Notes under the pieces: generated by a model
What the model saw: the letters and a program-made list of their open reading frames with translations, nothing else
Database searches by the model: none
What the model was told of the DNA's origin: nothing
In this document: in pieces, positions 48,870-59,282 of the stretch
Layout of the letters: each line of letters begins with the position of its first letter
How positions within the stretch are numbered: position 1 is the first letter of the stretch
From: an uncultured Spirochaetota bacterium
GTDB taxonomy: Bacteria > Spirochaetota > Spirochaetia > SZUA-6 > Fen-1364
Direction of reading: 5' to 3'
Length of the DNA stretch: 64,000 nt
Assembly: GCA_963845535.1 (NCBI GenBank)
Contig: CAWJSK010000012.1
Location: forward strand, 288,001 to 352,000
Position numbers and translations under genes: made by a program

Positions 48870-49654
48870 GAGGAAGCCTCCCCCGAAGGGCGATCATCAA
48901 TGATGAGGCCGTCGCGGAACGTCACCACCCTGTCTGACCAGGAGGCGACATCCTGAGCGTGCGTCACGACGATGACCGTGATCCCGTTGTCCCGGTTCAG
49001 GTGGCGGAACAGCGTCATGATCTCCACGCTGCTCGCGCTGTCCAGGTTGCCCGTGGGCTCGTCCGCCATCAGGAACGGCGCGCCGTTGGCGAGCGCCCGC
49101 GCAATGGCCACGCGCTGCTGCTGGCCACCGGAAAGCTCATTCGGCTTGTGGTCCATCCGCTCAGCGAGGCCGACCTGCTTCAGGAGCTCCCGCGAACGCT
49201 CTTCCCGCTCTTTCAGCGCAATTCCGGCGTAGAGCATGGGCAGCTCGACGTTCTCCAGGGCGCTCGTCCTTGAAAGGAGGTTGAAGCTCTGAAATACAAA
49301 TCCGATCTGGCGGCTTCTGATTGCGGCCAGCTCGTCCCGCGTCAGGCCAGATACTTCCTTCCCGGCAAGCCGGTACGAGCCCGAGGTGGGACGGTCCAGG
49401 CAACCCAGGAGGTGCATGAACGTGGACTTGCCTGATCCCGACGGCCCCATGATTGCGACGAACTCACCGTGATGCACCGAAAGGCTGACGCCCCGCAAAG
49501 CGTGCACCGTGGACTCCCCTTCACCATAGACCTTGGTAAGGTCCCGCACCTCGATGAGAGGCGCTTCCCGAGGCGCTTTTGCCCGCGCGCGTTTCGTTTC
49601 AGTGGCCACGACCGCCCCCGATCCCATGGTCCCTTCTTCGCTCTGTTCCATCAT
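48866..49654 (-). CDS. MacB-type ABC ATP-binding protein
   Basis: [31 protein letters not shown]. Confidence 0.95.
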   Translation of the reverse strand: MMEQSEEGTMGSGAVVATETKRARAKAPREAPLIEVRDLTKVYGEGESTVHALRGVSLSVHHGEFVAIMGPSGSGKSTFMHLLGCLDRPTSGSYRLAGKEVSGLTRDELAAIRSRQIGFVFQSFNLLSRTSALENVELPMLYAGIALKEREERSRELLKQVGLAERMDHKPNELSGGQQQRVAIARALANGAPFLMADEPTGNLDSASSVEIMTLFRHLNRDNGITVIVVTHAQDVASWSDRVVTFRDGLIIDDRPSGEASS

Positions 49655-51116
49655 TGCGCCTGCCTTGTCCGAAGGGAACCGCTCCCCTGGGTAATGGCCC
49701 CGGCGGCTGAAGCGTTCCCGCCCGCGCCACCCGAGGCGCTCCCGCCGCCGGTTCCTGAAGCGTTGCCGCCGCCGGCCGGCGCGTTGCCTGAAGCCGCGGT
49801 TCCCGCGGCACCCGGCCCTCCCGCGCCTCCCTGGCTGCCCGGAGAAGCGTTTTTCCGGCCCGTGCCTCGGTACTGCGCGATGATGACCTGATCTCCCGGA
49901 CGAAGGTCACCGCTCGTGATCTCCACGTTCTTGCCGTCCGAAAGGCCGATCACGACGCGTCGAGGTGCGGGACGGTTGTCCTGCACCGTCCATACGGTGA
50001 CTTGGGATCCGGGCGCTCCCGCCACGGCCTGGGCTCCGGGAGCGGCGCCGGAGGATTGCACCAGCCCGGCGCCGAACCCGAAGGCGCCCGCTCCGCCGCC
50101 TGTCGGCGCGGCCAGGGGCCTGTAGAGAAGAGCCGAGATCGGGACCGAGGGCACATGGATCTCTTTCCCACGTCGATCAGTACCTGCGCGGTCATCCCCG
50201 GCAGGAGCTTACCCGACGTATCATGCACCACCACGACCGCGTCATAGGTTACGACGTTCTGCGTGATGATGGGGTTGACGCGTACCTGCGAAACGGTCCC
50301 GGAGAAAGTCTGGTTCGGATAGGCGGTGACCGTGAAGTGCGCGGATGCTCCCTGTTGAACGCCCCCCGCGTCCGCCTCGTCCACCGACGTGTCCACCTGC
50401 ATGTCCGTGAGGTTGGTTGCCAGCGTGAAAAGCGTGGGGGTCTGCAGGGAAGAGGCCACGGTCTGTCCGATGCTCACGTTGCGGGCCATGACAATTCCAT
50501 CCCAGGGGCTCCTGATCACGGTCTTCGACAGGTTGTACAGCGCCTGGTCGAGGTTGCCCTGCGCCACGGCAACCTGTGCGTCAGCCACCTGGACCGCCGC
50601 CTGCGACGCCAGGTAGTCCTGGTTGGCCGTTATGGCAGCCGTGTTGTCGGTGTCCATCTGGTTCTGATTGATGAGCCCCTGCTTGAGAAGCGGTTCATCC
50701 CGCTGGGCGGTGAGGTTCGCCATGTCCAGAAGCGCTTTCATCTTGCCCACGTTTACCTTGGCGCTGTTGAGGTTGGCCTGCGCAAGACGGAGATTGGCCT
50801 TGGCGGAATCCACCGCCGCCTGGTAGTCCGTAGGATCAAGCGTCGCCAGGATCTGGTTCTTTTTCACCCGTGTGTTGTAGTCTGCGCCAAGCATATTGAT
50901 GGTCCCCGACACCTCGCTTCCCACCGACACGGTGTTCACCGGGTTGACGGTGCCCGTCTCGCTCACCGTGGCTGATATGTCGGCATAGTCCACGGGACGG
51001 GTGACGTAATGGACCCCGTCCCCCCGCGCGAAAAGCGGCCGAAGAGCGATGGCCGCGACCACCACGACGACGACCGCCGCGCCTGCGATAATGACGATCT
51101 TTGGTGCTGTTTTCAT
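49651..51116 (-). CDS. MacA-type periplasmic adaptor (frameshift at 50157-50158)
   Basis: [35 protein letters not shown]; continues as VPISAL..VIGLSDG..EITSG in the next frame. Confidence 0.9.
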
Positions 51117-51126
51117 TTCCTTCCCC

Positions 51127-52602
51127 TTACAAGCCCATGGCGTTGTCGAGGTTCAACAACGCGAGGATATAGTTGCTCTTTGCCTGCTCGAGCCCGACCT
51201 CCGCCGTGGTCAGCGCCTGGAATGCGGTCAGCACGTCCAGCGTGGTAACCAGCCCGACCGCGTAGCGCGCTTTCTGCAGGTTGTACTGCCCCTGCGCCGC
51301 CGTGACGCTCTGCCCGGCAAGGTCGAGACGATTGCGCGTGTCCTGCACGCTGAACAGCGCGCTCTCCACCGCAATGGTGATGGTCTGCCTCTCCTGGTCC
51401 TGCTGGACTCTGTAGGAGGAGATCAGGTCCGCCGCCTGCTGTACCTGCGCGTTCCGCAGGCCTCCGTCGAGAATCGGCAAGGCAATCGATGCCCCGACGC
51501 CGAAGCTGCCGGCGTTGACGTTCGCCGTCCAGTCCTGGCCAACTCCAAAAGTCCCGTTGATCGAAACCACGGGGTATGTCTGGCTCCTTTGCAGCGCAAG
51601 GTTGATGTTCGCTGCCGCGATGTTCAAATCAAAGGTAAGAAGCTCCGGGCGGTTCTGGAAAGCGGTCTTCAAGGCATCTTCGACCTGCAGCGAAGGCAGA
51701 TCGGGAATGGGGCTGTCAGCCACGGCATACTGCCTGTCCAACTGCCACCCCACCTGCTGGGAGAGGTTCTTCCTGTCCACCTCCACCGTGTTTTGAGCGG
51801 TGCGCAGGTCGAGCTGGGCCTGCGTCAGAGTGACCTCGTTCTGCAGGACGTCGAGGTCCGTGGCCCGGCCGGCCGTGCGCAGGCCCTTGTAGTACGCGAG
51901 GTTCTGTTCGTCCTGTGTGACCGTTGCCTGGCGGATGAGAACCGTCTTTTGATCCACGAGCAGCGTGTAATAGGCCTGTTTCACCTGGTAGAGCACGCTC
52001 TTCAGAGTGGCGTCATACGACACCTGGGCCGCGCGATACGTGTAGTCCGCCTGCTGGACCGCGGCTGACGCCCGTCCGCCGGGATAGCCGTCGAAAACGG
52101 TCTGGCTTGCCGAGAGGCTCAACGAGCTCACCTGGTCGCTCGGCGTTGTTTCCATGATGCTGTGCTGCGCCGTGAGGCCCACGCTCGTCGACGGTCCTGC
52201 GAGGGAGAGACCTCCCTGGATGTTTTCACCGCTCAGTCCGCCGCCGCCAGCGGCGGACGCCGCCGCGGCTGAAGGAGTCGTGGCTGAGCTCACGCTGCCG
52301 AGCGTTCCCTGATGAAGGTAGTCTCCCTTTCCCGCCAGGGACAGGCCGTTCGTGGCCTGTGTCTGGATGAGCTGGGCGCGGGCGGAGTCCACGGTGACGG
52401 TTGCCAGTTTCAGTCCGGGGGCCGTGGCGCGCGCGGCGGCAACCGCCTGGTCCAGCGTCACCGTTTCCGGTGCCGTCGGCGCTGAAGCCGCCGCCGCTTG
52501 GGGCGCGGCAGGCGCCGCTTGCGCAGTCGCGCTAGCCGCGCTCATTACCAGGAGAGCGGCTGCAAGCAGGAATGAGGTTCGCGGTCCAAGGCGTTTTTTC
52601 AT
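51127..52602 (-). CDS. TolC-family outer-membrane efflux protein
   Basis: Signal peptide; VKQAYY, G.AT.LDVL repeated twice, NRPEL, LPILDGG. Confidence 0.93.
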   Translation of the reverse strand: MKKRLGPRTSFLLAAALLVMSAASATAQAAPAAPQAAAASAPTAPETVTLDQAVAAARATAPGLKLATVTVDSARAQLIQTQATNGLSLAGKGDYLHQGTLGSVSSATTPSAAAASAAGGGGLSGENIQGGLSLAGPSTSVGLTAQHSIMETTPSDQVSSLSLSASQTVFDGYPGGRASAAVQQADYTYRAAQVSYDATLKSVLYQVKQAYYTLLVDQKTVLIRQATVTQDEQNLAYYKGLRTAGRATDLDVLQNEVTLTQAQLDLRTAQNTVEVDRKNLSQQVGWQLDRQYAVADSPIPDLPSLQVEDALKTAFQNRPELLTFDLNIAAANINLALQRSQTYPVVSINGTFGVGQDWTANVNAGSFGVGASIALPILDGGLRNAQVQQAADLISSYRVQQDQERQTITIAVESALFSVQDTRNRLDLAGQSVTAAQGQYNLQKARYAVGLVTTLDVLTAFQALTTAEVGLEQAKSNYILALLNLDNAMGL

Positions 52603-52814
52603 CACTCTGAAAGCCTCCACCACTGAATATCCCGGAAAGTGTCCAGACATGCCATAGAAGGCTCATGAAATCAGGATAACTTTCTGTTTCATAGTAGCGG
52701 CCCCTCCCCGAACGGCCAATGTACCGGGGGTGAATAATCGATAATTTTCTGTTATGCATTTGTTCCCCTGCAATATCTTTTCATGGTAAACGACTGGATC
52801 TCGAGGAGCGCTGA

Positions 52815-54542
52815 ATGCTGAAGCTGTTCAAATACCTGCGACCGTACGCCGCACCCATAGCGTTCGTGCTGGGCCTGGTCTTTCTCTCGACGCTCTCGGA
52901 GTTGTACTTGCCGACGCTGCTGGCGGACATCGTGGACAAGGGAATCGCCAAAGGAAACCTGTCCTACATCTTTCGCACCGGCGGGCTCATGCTGCTCGTG
53001 GCCGTCGGGGGCGCGGCCTGCTCCATCATCGGCAGTTACTTTTCGGCCCAGGTGGGCATGGGATACGGGCGCGACCTGCGCCGCCTCGTCTTCACGCACG
53101 TGGAGGGTTTCTCCCTGCACGAGTTCGACAGGGTCGGAACCCCTTCCCTCATCACCCGGACCACCAACGACATCACCCAGGTGCAGAACTTCGCGATGGT
53201 CGTCATGCGCATGATGATCATGGCGCCGCTCATGGCCATCGGCGGGATCATCATGGCAATCAAGGTCGACGCGCACCTCACCTGGCTTCTGGCCGTTGCG
53301 GTGCCTCTCATCGGCGCAATCATCATCTTCGTCGCCTCCCGAGGCCTTCCCCTCTTTCGCGCCATCCAGGCCAAGATCGACAGGATCAACCTCGTCATGA
53401 GGGAAGGGCTCACCGGGGCGCGCGTCGTGCGGGCGTTCGACAGGGTGGACCACCAGAAGAGGCGCTTCGATGAAGCCAACCGAGACCTGACCGACACCTC
53501 CATCACCGTCAACAAGCTCATGGCGGTGCTTTTCCCGCTCATGATGCTCATCATGAACTTCACGTCGATCGCCATCATCTGGTTCGGGGCAAAGAGGATC
53601 AACATCGGGGAAATGCAGGTCGGCAGCCTCATGGCCTTTCTCCAGTACGCCATGCAGATCATGTTCTCCGTGCTCATGGTCTCATTCCTGTTCATCATGC
53701 TCCCCCGGGCCTCCGCCTCGGCAGGAAGGATCCACGAAGTGCTCGTGATCGAGCCCGAGATCAAGGACAGGGCAGAGACGCGCAGGGCAGATGATGAGCA
53801 GGGGTACATCGAGTTTCGAAACGTCACTTTCAGCTACCCCGGCGCGGAGGAGCCCGCCATACGGGACATCTCCTTCAGCGCCGGTCCCGGGGAGGTTACC
53901 GCCATCATCGGCGGCACGGGGTCGGGGAAGTCCACCATCGTGAACCTCATCCCGCGGTTCTACGACGTTGACAGCGGCAGCATCCTGGTGGACGGGGTGG
54001 ACATCCGCGAGATGGAGCAGGAGCGCCTCCGGTCCAAGCTCGGGTTCGTGCCGCAGAGGGCCGTGCTCTTCAACGACTCCATTGCCGGGAACATCCGCTA
54101 CGGAAGGCCGGAGGCCACGGATGAGGAGGTGGCGCGCGCGGCGGAGATTGCCCAGGCCTCGGGATTCATCCGGGAGATGCAGGACAGGTTCAACTCGGAG
54201 ATCGCCCAGGGAGGAGCGAACCTCTCCGGCGGCCAGAAGCAGCGTCTTGCCATCGCCCGTGCTCTGGTGCGCAAACCGGAGGTCTACGTGTTTGATGACA
54301 CGTTCTCAGCCTTGGACTTCCGCACGGACGCGCGCCTGCGCGCCGCGCTGAGGGAGGAGACGGCGGAGGCAACGGTGATCATCGTTGCCCAGCGGGTGAA
54401 CACGATCATGGACGCCGACAGGATCATTGTATTGGAGGAGGGAGAGGTGGTTGGACAGGGCACGCACCGCGAGCTGATCCGCACCTGCGAGGTCTATCGG
54501 GAGATCGTCTCCTCGCAGCTCACCGAGGAGGCCCTGGCATGA
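52815..54542 (+). CDS. Heterodimeric ABC exporter subunit (TM287-like, degenerate site)
   Basis: SLITRTTND, GGTGSGKST, LSGGQKQR, Walker B VFDD, switch IVAQR. Confidence 0.94.
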   Translation: MLKLFKYLRPYAAPIAFVLGLVFLSTLSELYLPTLLADIVDKGIAKGNLSYIFRTGGLMLLVAVGGAACSIIGSYFSAQVGMGYGRDLRRLVFTHVEGFSLHEFDRVGTPSLITRTTNDITQVQNFAMVVMRMMIMAPLMAIGGIIMAIKVDAHLTWLLAVAVPLIGAIIIFVASRGLPLFRAIQAKIDRINLVMREGLTGARVVRAFDRVDHQKRRFDEANRDLTDTSITVNKLMAVLFPLMMLIMNFTSIAIIWFGAKRINIGEMQVGSLMAFLQYAMQIMFSVLMVSFLFIMLPRASASAGRIHEVLVIEPEIKDRAETRRADDEQGYIEFRNVTFSYPGAEEPAIRDISFSAGPGEVTAIIGGTGSGKSTIVNLIPRFYDVDSGSILVDGVDIREMEQERLRSKLGFVPQRAVLFNDSIAGNIRYGRPEATDEEVARAAEIAQASGFIREMQDRFNSEIAQGGANLSGGQKQRLAIARALVRKPEVYVFDDTFSALDFRTDARLRAALREETAEATVIIVAQRVNTIMDADRIIVLEEGEVVGQGTHRELIRTCEVYREIVSSQLTEEALA

Positions 54543-56494
54543 GCGACGGACAGGGACGCGTGACACCAGGCGGGAGGGCGCAGGGAGGCGCGCGCGGAGC
54601 GGCAGGCGGGGGCGGGGCTCTCGGGGGCGCCGCACACGGGCCGCGCGGACGGGGCGGCTTCGGCGGCGGGCACATGATGGGCGGCATGCCCGTGGAGAAA
54701 CCGAAGAACTTCCGAGGAACGCTCACGAGGCTCCTGAAATACCTGAAGCCTCGAAGCTTCGCGCTTGTGCTGGTATTCCTGCTGGCAATCCTCAGCAGCC
54801 TCTTCAGCCTCTTCGGGCCCAAGATCATGGGCGGGGCAACCACCAACATCTGGGACGGGATCAAGGGGAAGATCAACCACGTGGCCGGCGCCGGCATCGA
54901 CTTCGCCTTCCTCTGGCACACGGCACTGATCCTGGCGGGCCTGTACCTCGTCAGCTCCCTGTTCAATTACCTGCAGCAGTTCATCATGGCGGAGGTGGCG
55001 CAGAACACCGTGTACGACATGCGTCGCGACGTCAGTGAGAAGCTCAGCCGGCTGCCGCTCTCCTTCTATGACGGCCGCACCCACGGTGAGATCATGAGCC
55101 GCGTCACGAACGACGTTGACAACGTTGCCGCCACTCTCCAGCAGAGCCTCATGCAGATCATCAGCGGCCTGGTGACGATTGTCGGGATCATCATCATGAT
55201 GATCACCATCAGCCCCCTGCTCACCCTGATCACGGTTGGAGTGCTGCCGATGAGCTTCCTCATCACGCGCCTCATTGCTCCGCGGTCCCAGAAGCACTTC
55301 ACGGCGCAATGGAAGAGCCTGGGCGAGCTGAACGGGCACGTGGAGGAGATGTACACGGGGCACGCCATCGTGAAGGCATTCGGCCGCGAGCGCGCCACCA
55401 TTGACACGTTCAACGCCATCAACGCCCGGCTCTATGACTCGAGCTGGCGCGCGCAGTTCATCTCAGGCCTCATGATGCCGCTCATCAGCTTTGTCAACAA
55501 CGTCGGCTACGTGGTGCTCGCCGTGGCCGGAGCCGTCATGGTGATGCGAGGAAGGCTCCCCATTGGCGACATCCAGGCTTTCATCCAGTATTCCAAGCAG
55601 TTCACGTGGCCCATCGCGCAGACGGCGAACATCGCCAACGTCATCCAGAGCACCATCGCCTCCGCGGAGCGCGTTTTCCAGCTTCTGGATGAGCGGGAGG
55701 AAGAACCGGATTCCCCGGGGTCACGGACCCTTTCCACGACGCGCGGCGGTGTGCGCTTCGAAGGCGTGCGCTTCAGCTACAAGCCCGAGATGCCTCTCTT
55801 GGAGGACATGAACATCGAGGTGAGGCCGGGCCAGATGATTGCGATTGTCGGGCCCACGGGCGCGGGCAAGACCACGCTGGTCAACCTCCTGATGCGGTTC
55901 TACGAGATCCAAGGCGGGCGGATAACCGTGGACGGCGTGGACATACGGAGCGTTGCGCGCGGCAACCTCAGGCGGACTTTCGGGATGGTGCTCCAGGACA
56001 CCTGGCTCTTTCACGGCACCATCCGGGAGAACATTGCCTACGGCAGGGAGAATGCCACCGACGATGAAGTGCGCGCCGCCGCCGTGGCCGCGCACGCGGA
56101 CCACTTCATCCGTACGCTCCCCGAGGGTTACCACACCGTGCTGAACGAGGAAGCCTCCAACATCTCCCAGGGGCAGAGGCAGCTTCTCACCATTGCGCGC
56201 GCGGTCCTGATTGACCCTGCCATCCTGATCCTGGATGAGGCCACGAGCAGCGTCGACACGCGCACCGAGGTCCTGATTCGGAAAGCCATGGCCTCTCTCA
56301 TGCACGGGAGAACGAGCTTCGTCATTGCCCACAGGTTGTCCACCATCAGGGACGCGGAGCTGATCCTCGTCATGAACCATGGGAGCATCGTGGAGACGGG
56401 CACCCATGCCGAGCTCCTGGACAAGGGCGGGTTCTACGCGGAGCTGTACAACGCGCAGTTCACCGGCGCGCCGGAAGCGGTGGAGGAAGCGTAG
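54539..56494 (+). CDS. Heterodimeric ABC exporter subunit (TM288-like)
   Basis: GPTGAGKTT, ISQGQRQL, ILDEATS, IAHRLST; ATGA overlap. Confidence 0.94.
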   Translation: MSDGQGRVTPGGRAQGGARGAAGGGGALGGAAHGPRGRGGFGGGHMMGGMPVEKPKNFRGTLTRLLKYLKPRSFALVLVFLLAILSSLFSLFGPKIMGGATTNIWDGIKGKINHVAGAGIDFAFLWHTALILAGLYLVSSLFNYLQQFIMAEVAQNTVYDMRRDVSEKLSRLPLSFYDGRTHGEIMSRVTNDVDNVAATLQQSLMQIISGLVTIVGIIIMMITISPLLTLITVGVLPMSFLITRLIAPRSQKHFTAQWKSLGELNGHVEEMYTGHAIVKAFGRERATIDTFNAINARLYDSSWRAQFISGLMMPLISFVNNVGYVVLAVAGAVMVMRGRLPIGDIQAFIQYSKQFTWPIAQTANIANVIQSTIASAERVFQLLDEREEEPDSPGSRTLSTTRGGVRFEGVRFSYKPEMPLLEDMNIEVRPGQMIAIVGPTGAGKTTLVNLLMRFYEIQGGRITVDGVDIRSVARGNLRRTFGMVLQDTWLFHGTIRENIAYGRENATDDEVRAAAVAAHADHFIRTLPEGYHTVLNEEASNISQGQRQLLTIARAVLIDPAILILDEATSSVDTRTEVLIRKAMASLMHGRTSFVIAHRLSTIRDAELILVMNHGSIVETGTHAELLDKGGFYAELYNAQFTGAPEAVEEA

Positions 56495-56515
56495 GAAAGG
56501 CGCGCGGGCATGGTC

Positions 56516-56650
56516 CAGACATTCCGCTGATCGCCTTCCCCCATATGGAGGGCAGGGGAATCGAACCCCCGAAAAGGCCTTCTGGGAGATCGCCACCTGT
56601 TGCGGTGTTTCAGGACCCCCCTTCCTTCCCTCCGCAGACACGGATGTCCG
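56516..56650 (-). ncRNA. Putative structured RNA with a tRNA-like T-arm/acceptor end
   Basis: Minus strand: GGAGGG...GGGGGTTCGATTCCCCTGCCCTCCA plus nested stems whose G-U pairs work only on this strand; no canonical D or anticodon arm. Confidence 0.5.
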
Positions 56651-56652
56651 CA

Positions 56653-56688
56653 GGGCGCCGCAGCCGTGCGCGGCTGTTGGTGGCGCCC
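56653..56688. terminator. GC-rich hairpin downstream of the nitroreductase gene
   Basis: GGGCGCC-GCAGCCG..CGGCTGT-GGCGCCC inverted repeat; no U-tract. Confidence 0.35.
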
Positions 56689-56716
56689 CAGCGGCAATCC
56701 CCGCCTGCGAGCTCCT

Positions 56717-57368
56717 TTACTGCAGGTAGCCGACCTGCATGATGAAAAGCGGGCTCTCATCCTTGCCCAGCTTTGCTGCCGTCACGGCAGCCGGCGGCTT
56801 GATATTATACATGACAATGGACCCCAGCTTGAAGGCCGCGGCGGCAAGAGCGATGTTCTCCGCGGCGTACCCGGCGGTCCCGTTGGCCATTTCGCGGAAC
56901 AACGCTGGGGTTGACTTCAGGAAGCTCGGGGCCTTGGCAAAGTCATACGTGAACAGCAGCATGAGAGATGACGTGGGAATGAACTCCGGCGTTATCTGCG
57001 CGCGCGAATCCCCGCGGGACACCTGCTTCAGGACCTTCCTCTCGGGATCATAGAGGTAGGCGCCTTTGGCGGTGAGCACATAGACGTTCATGTACACGTT
57101 GTCCCCGGAATAGGGAATGGTCCTTCCGGCCTTGGAAGCGCCGGAGACGGCGTCCGCGCCCTTCAGCCCGTTGCCTGCCCAGAGGATGGTGGAAAGATCC
57201 GCCACGGGAACGTCACGCTTCACGAAGTTGCGTTCAGCGGCCCGCGCCTTTATGAGATCGAACAGGTCCATGCCGATCTTCGCCTGCGGATCCTGCAAGC
57301 GGGATGTCCTGGGCGAAAATACCGGTTGTCATCGCGGCGAACACCACGATGGAAAGAATTCTCTTCAC
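56717..57368 (-). CDS. Secreted nitroreductase-family (SagB/ThcOx-like) protein (frameshift at about 57298-57303)
   Basis: LSTILWAGNG, RTIP, YLYDP, G..AENI.L; the signal peptide VKRILSIVVFAAMTTGIFA|QDI with SD GGAGG is one frame off. Confidence 0.85.
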
Positions 57369-57417
57369 GTTGCCTCCATATCTTCGGCCGGCATGATACC
57401 GGGGAGCAGGTCACGGA

Positions 57418-58716
57418 TCAAGAGATGATACCCTCCGACGCCCGCACGTCGTGCGCGGCAGCGTTCTTCGGTGGGCCGCTTCCGCGCCCGTGCCGGGGCC
57501 CGTGCCCGCGCGGCTCGATGTTGGGAAGGAACACGGTGATCAGCCCCAGGAGCGGCAGAAAGGCGGTGAGCCGGTAGACGTACTGGATGCTCGTGTGGTC
57601 CGCAATGCTGCCCAGGACGGCGGAACCGATTCCCCCCATCCCGAACGCAAAGCCGAAGAAGAGCCCCGAGATCAGCCCGAGGTTTCCCGGCAGGAGCTCC
57701 TGGGCGTACACGAGGATGGAAGGAAATGCCGATGCAAGGATGATCCCGATCGGGAAGGCGAGCACGATGGTGGCGGGCAGGCCCACGTACGGAAGCACCA
57801 GCGTGAAGGGCGCCACGCCGAGGATGGAGCCCCAGATTACGTACTTGCGCCCAATACGGTCCCCGAGCGGGCCGCCGATCACCGTGCCGGCGGCAACGGC
57901 AAACTGGAAAAGGAACAGCCGGATCTGCGCCGCCTGGACGGAGAGCCCGAACTTGTCGATCAGGTAGAACGTGTAGTAGCTGGTCATGCCGGCCAGGTAG
58001 AAGTACTTCGAGAATATCAGGGCAAGGAGGATTATCACCGAAGCCGCAACGCGCCATGACGGGAGCGCCGCTGCCTCCGGCCTTCTGTGGGCGGTCTTTC
58101 CGTCCCGCGTCACGACCTTCCCCTGGTACCATCGCCCAACCCAGAAAAGGATGACGATTGCCAGAAGCGCGAGGGGAGAGAACCACACCACGTGGGAAGC
58201 GCCATGGGAAGCGATGATGACGGCCGCAAGGAGCGGGCCAAGTGAGCTGCCGAAGTTCCCGCCCACCTGGAACACGGACTGCGCCAGGCCGCGGCGGCCG
58301 CCGGCCGCCATGTAAGCAACGCGCGAAGACTCCGGGTGGAAAACCGAGGAACCCAGCCCCACCAGGCCGACGGCCACGAGGAGCGCGCTGTAGCTATGAG
58401 CCGTGGACAGGAGGATCAACCCCACGAGCGTGAAGCCCATGCCCGTGGCCAGGGAAAAGGGCTGAGGGCGGTGATCCGTGATGGCGCCCACCACGGGCTG
58501 CAGGAGAGAGGCGGTTATCTGGAACGTGAAGGTGATGAGTCCGATCTGGGCGAAGTTGAGCCGGAAGGCGTCTTTGACCAGCGGGTAGATTGCCGGGATC
58601 AGCGACTGCAGGGTGTCGTTCAGCATGTGGGAAAGGCTGATGGCGATGAGTATGGGAAAGACGGTGGACCCTGCCGCCCTGGAGACGACGCCTGCCGGGG
58701 ATGATTCTGCTTTCAT
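57418..58716 (-). CDS. fsr: MFS transporter, Fsr (fosmidomycin resistance) family
   Basis: SHMLNDTLQSLIPAIYP, SSVFHPESSR, QSVFQVGGNFG, GGPLGDRIGRK. Confidence 0.88.
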   Translation of the reverse strand: MKAESSPAGVVSRAAGSTVFPILIAISLSHMLNDTLQSLIPAIYPLVKDAFRLNFAQIGLITFTFQITASLLQPVVGAITDHRPQPFSLATGMGFTLVGLILLSTAHSYSALLVAVGLVGLGSSVFHPESSRVAYMAAGGRRGLAQSVFQVGGNFGSSLGPLLAAVIIASHGASHVVWFSPLALLAIVILFWVGRWYQGKVVTRDGKTAHRRPEAAALPSWRVAASVIILLALIFSKYFYLAGMTSYYTFYLIDKFGLSVQAAQIRLFLFQFAVAAGTVIGGPLGDRIGRKYVIWGSILGVAPFTLVLPYVGLPATIVLAFPIGIILASAFPSILVYAQELLPGNLGLISGLFFGFAFGMGGIGSAVLGSIADHTSIQYVYRLTAFLPLLGLITVFLPNIEPRGHGPRHGRGSGPPKNAAAHDVRASEGIIS

Positions 58717-58903
58717 GTCGGTTAGGGGAGAAGATACGCAGGTTTGCCCGGCTGATCAATCCAAGGTCGCGAAAGAGGTGACGGGTGGAGCGTGCGGACG
58801 GTTGCCGAGAAGCTGTATTCCACTCCCGCGGACGCAGCGCCGCCCCCGTGGGACGGGACACCCCGTGGGACGGGCCTTGATCCACGGGGGCGAATTCGCG
58901 AGA

Positions 58904-59245
58904 ATGAGCGCCGCGCAAATGATGAAGGACCCCGCGCGGTCCCTTCGGGACCTGGTCTCCAGGACCCCGGCAACCGCGCTCTCGAATATCCTCATGCGCA
59001 TCCCTGACAAGGTATGCGCGGCCGGCTTTTCAACGCTTCCCGACGACATGCGTCACCGGTTGTATGCCTTGACAGGCAACACGAAGGCGGCCAGGCTCCG
59101 TGAGGAAATACGCATCGAGACGCGCCGGCGCACGAGCGCCGCCATTCGCGCCAGGCTCCTCCGAAGCTTCGTGTCGTACTTCGAGCGCCCGGCGCCGGGG
59201 GCGCCCACCGTCTGGGTCCGACCCGTGCGCACGCGTCAGAAATGA
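58904..59245 (+). CDS. Small protein resembling a FliG C-terminal domain
   Basis: ALSNILMRIPDKVCAAGF..LPDDMRHRLY......KAARLREEI mirrors the FliG-C helical pattern; start may be 58919. Confidence 0.55.
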   Translation: MSAAQMMKDPARSLRDLVSRTPATALSNILMRIPDKVCAAGFSTLPDDMRHRLYALTGNTKAARLREEIRIETRRRTSAAIRARLLRSFVSYFERPAPGAPTVWVRPVRTRQK

Positions 59246-59282
59246 CGCGGGCCTTCAGGCCGCCATGCGAAAAGGAGTTTTC

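Noticed and set aside
56546..56633. Canonical tRNA (Tyr/Ser/Cys/Sec) or tmRNA call
   Set aside because: No U8, no proper D-arm, no 5-bp/7-nt anticodon arm, and too short for tmRNA; kept only as a tRNA-like RNA candidate.
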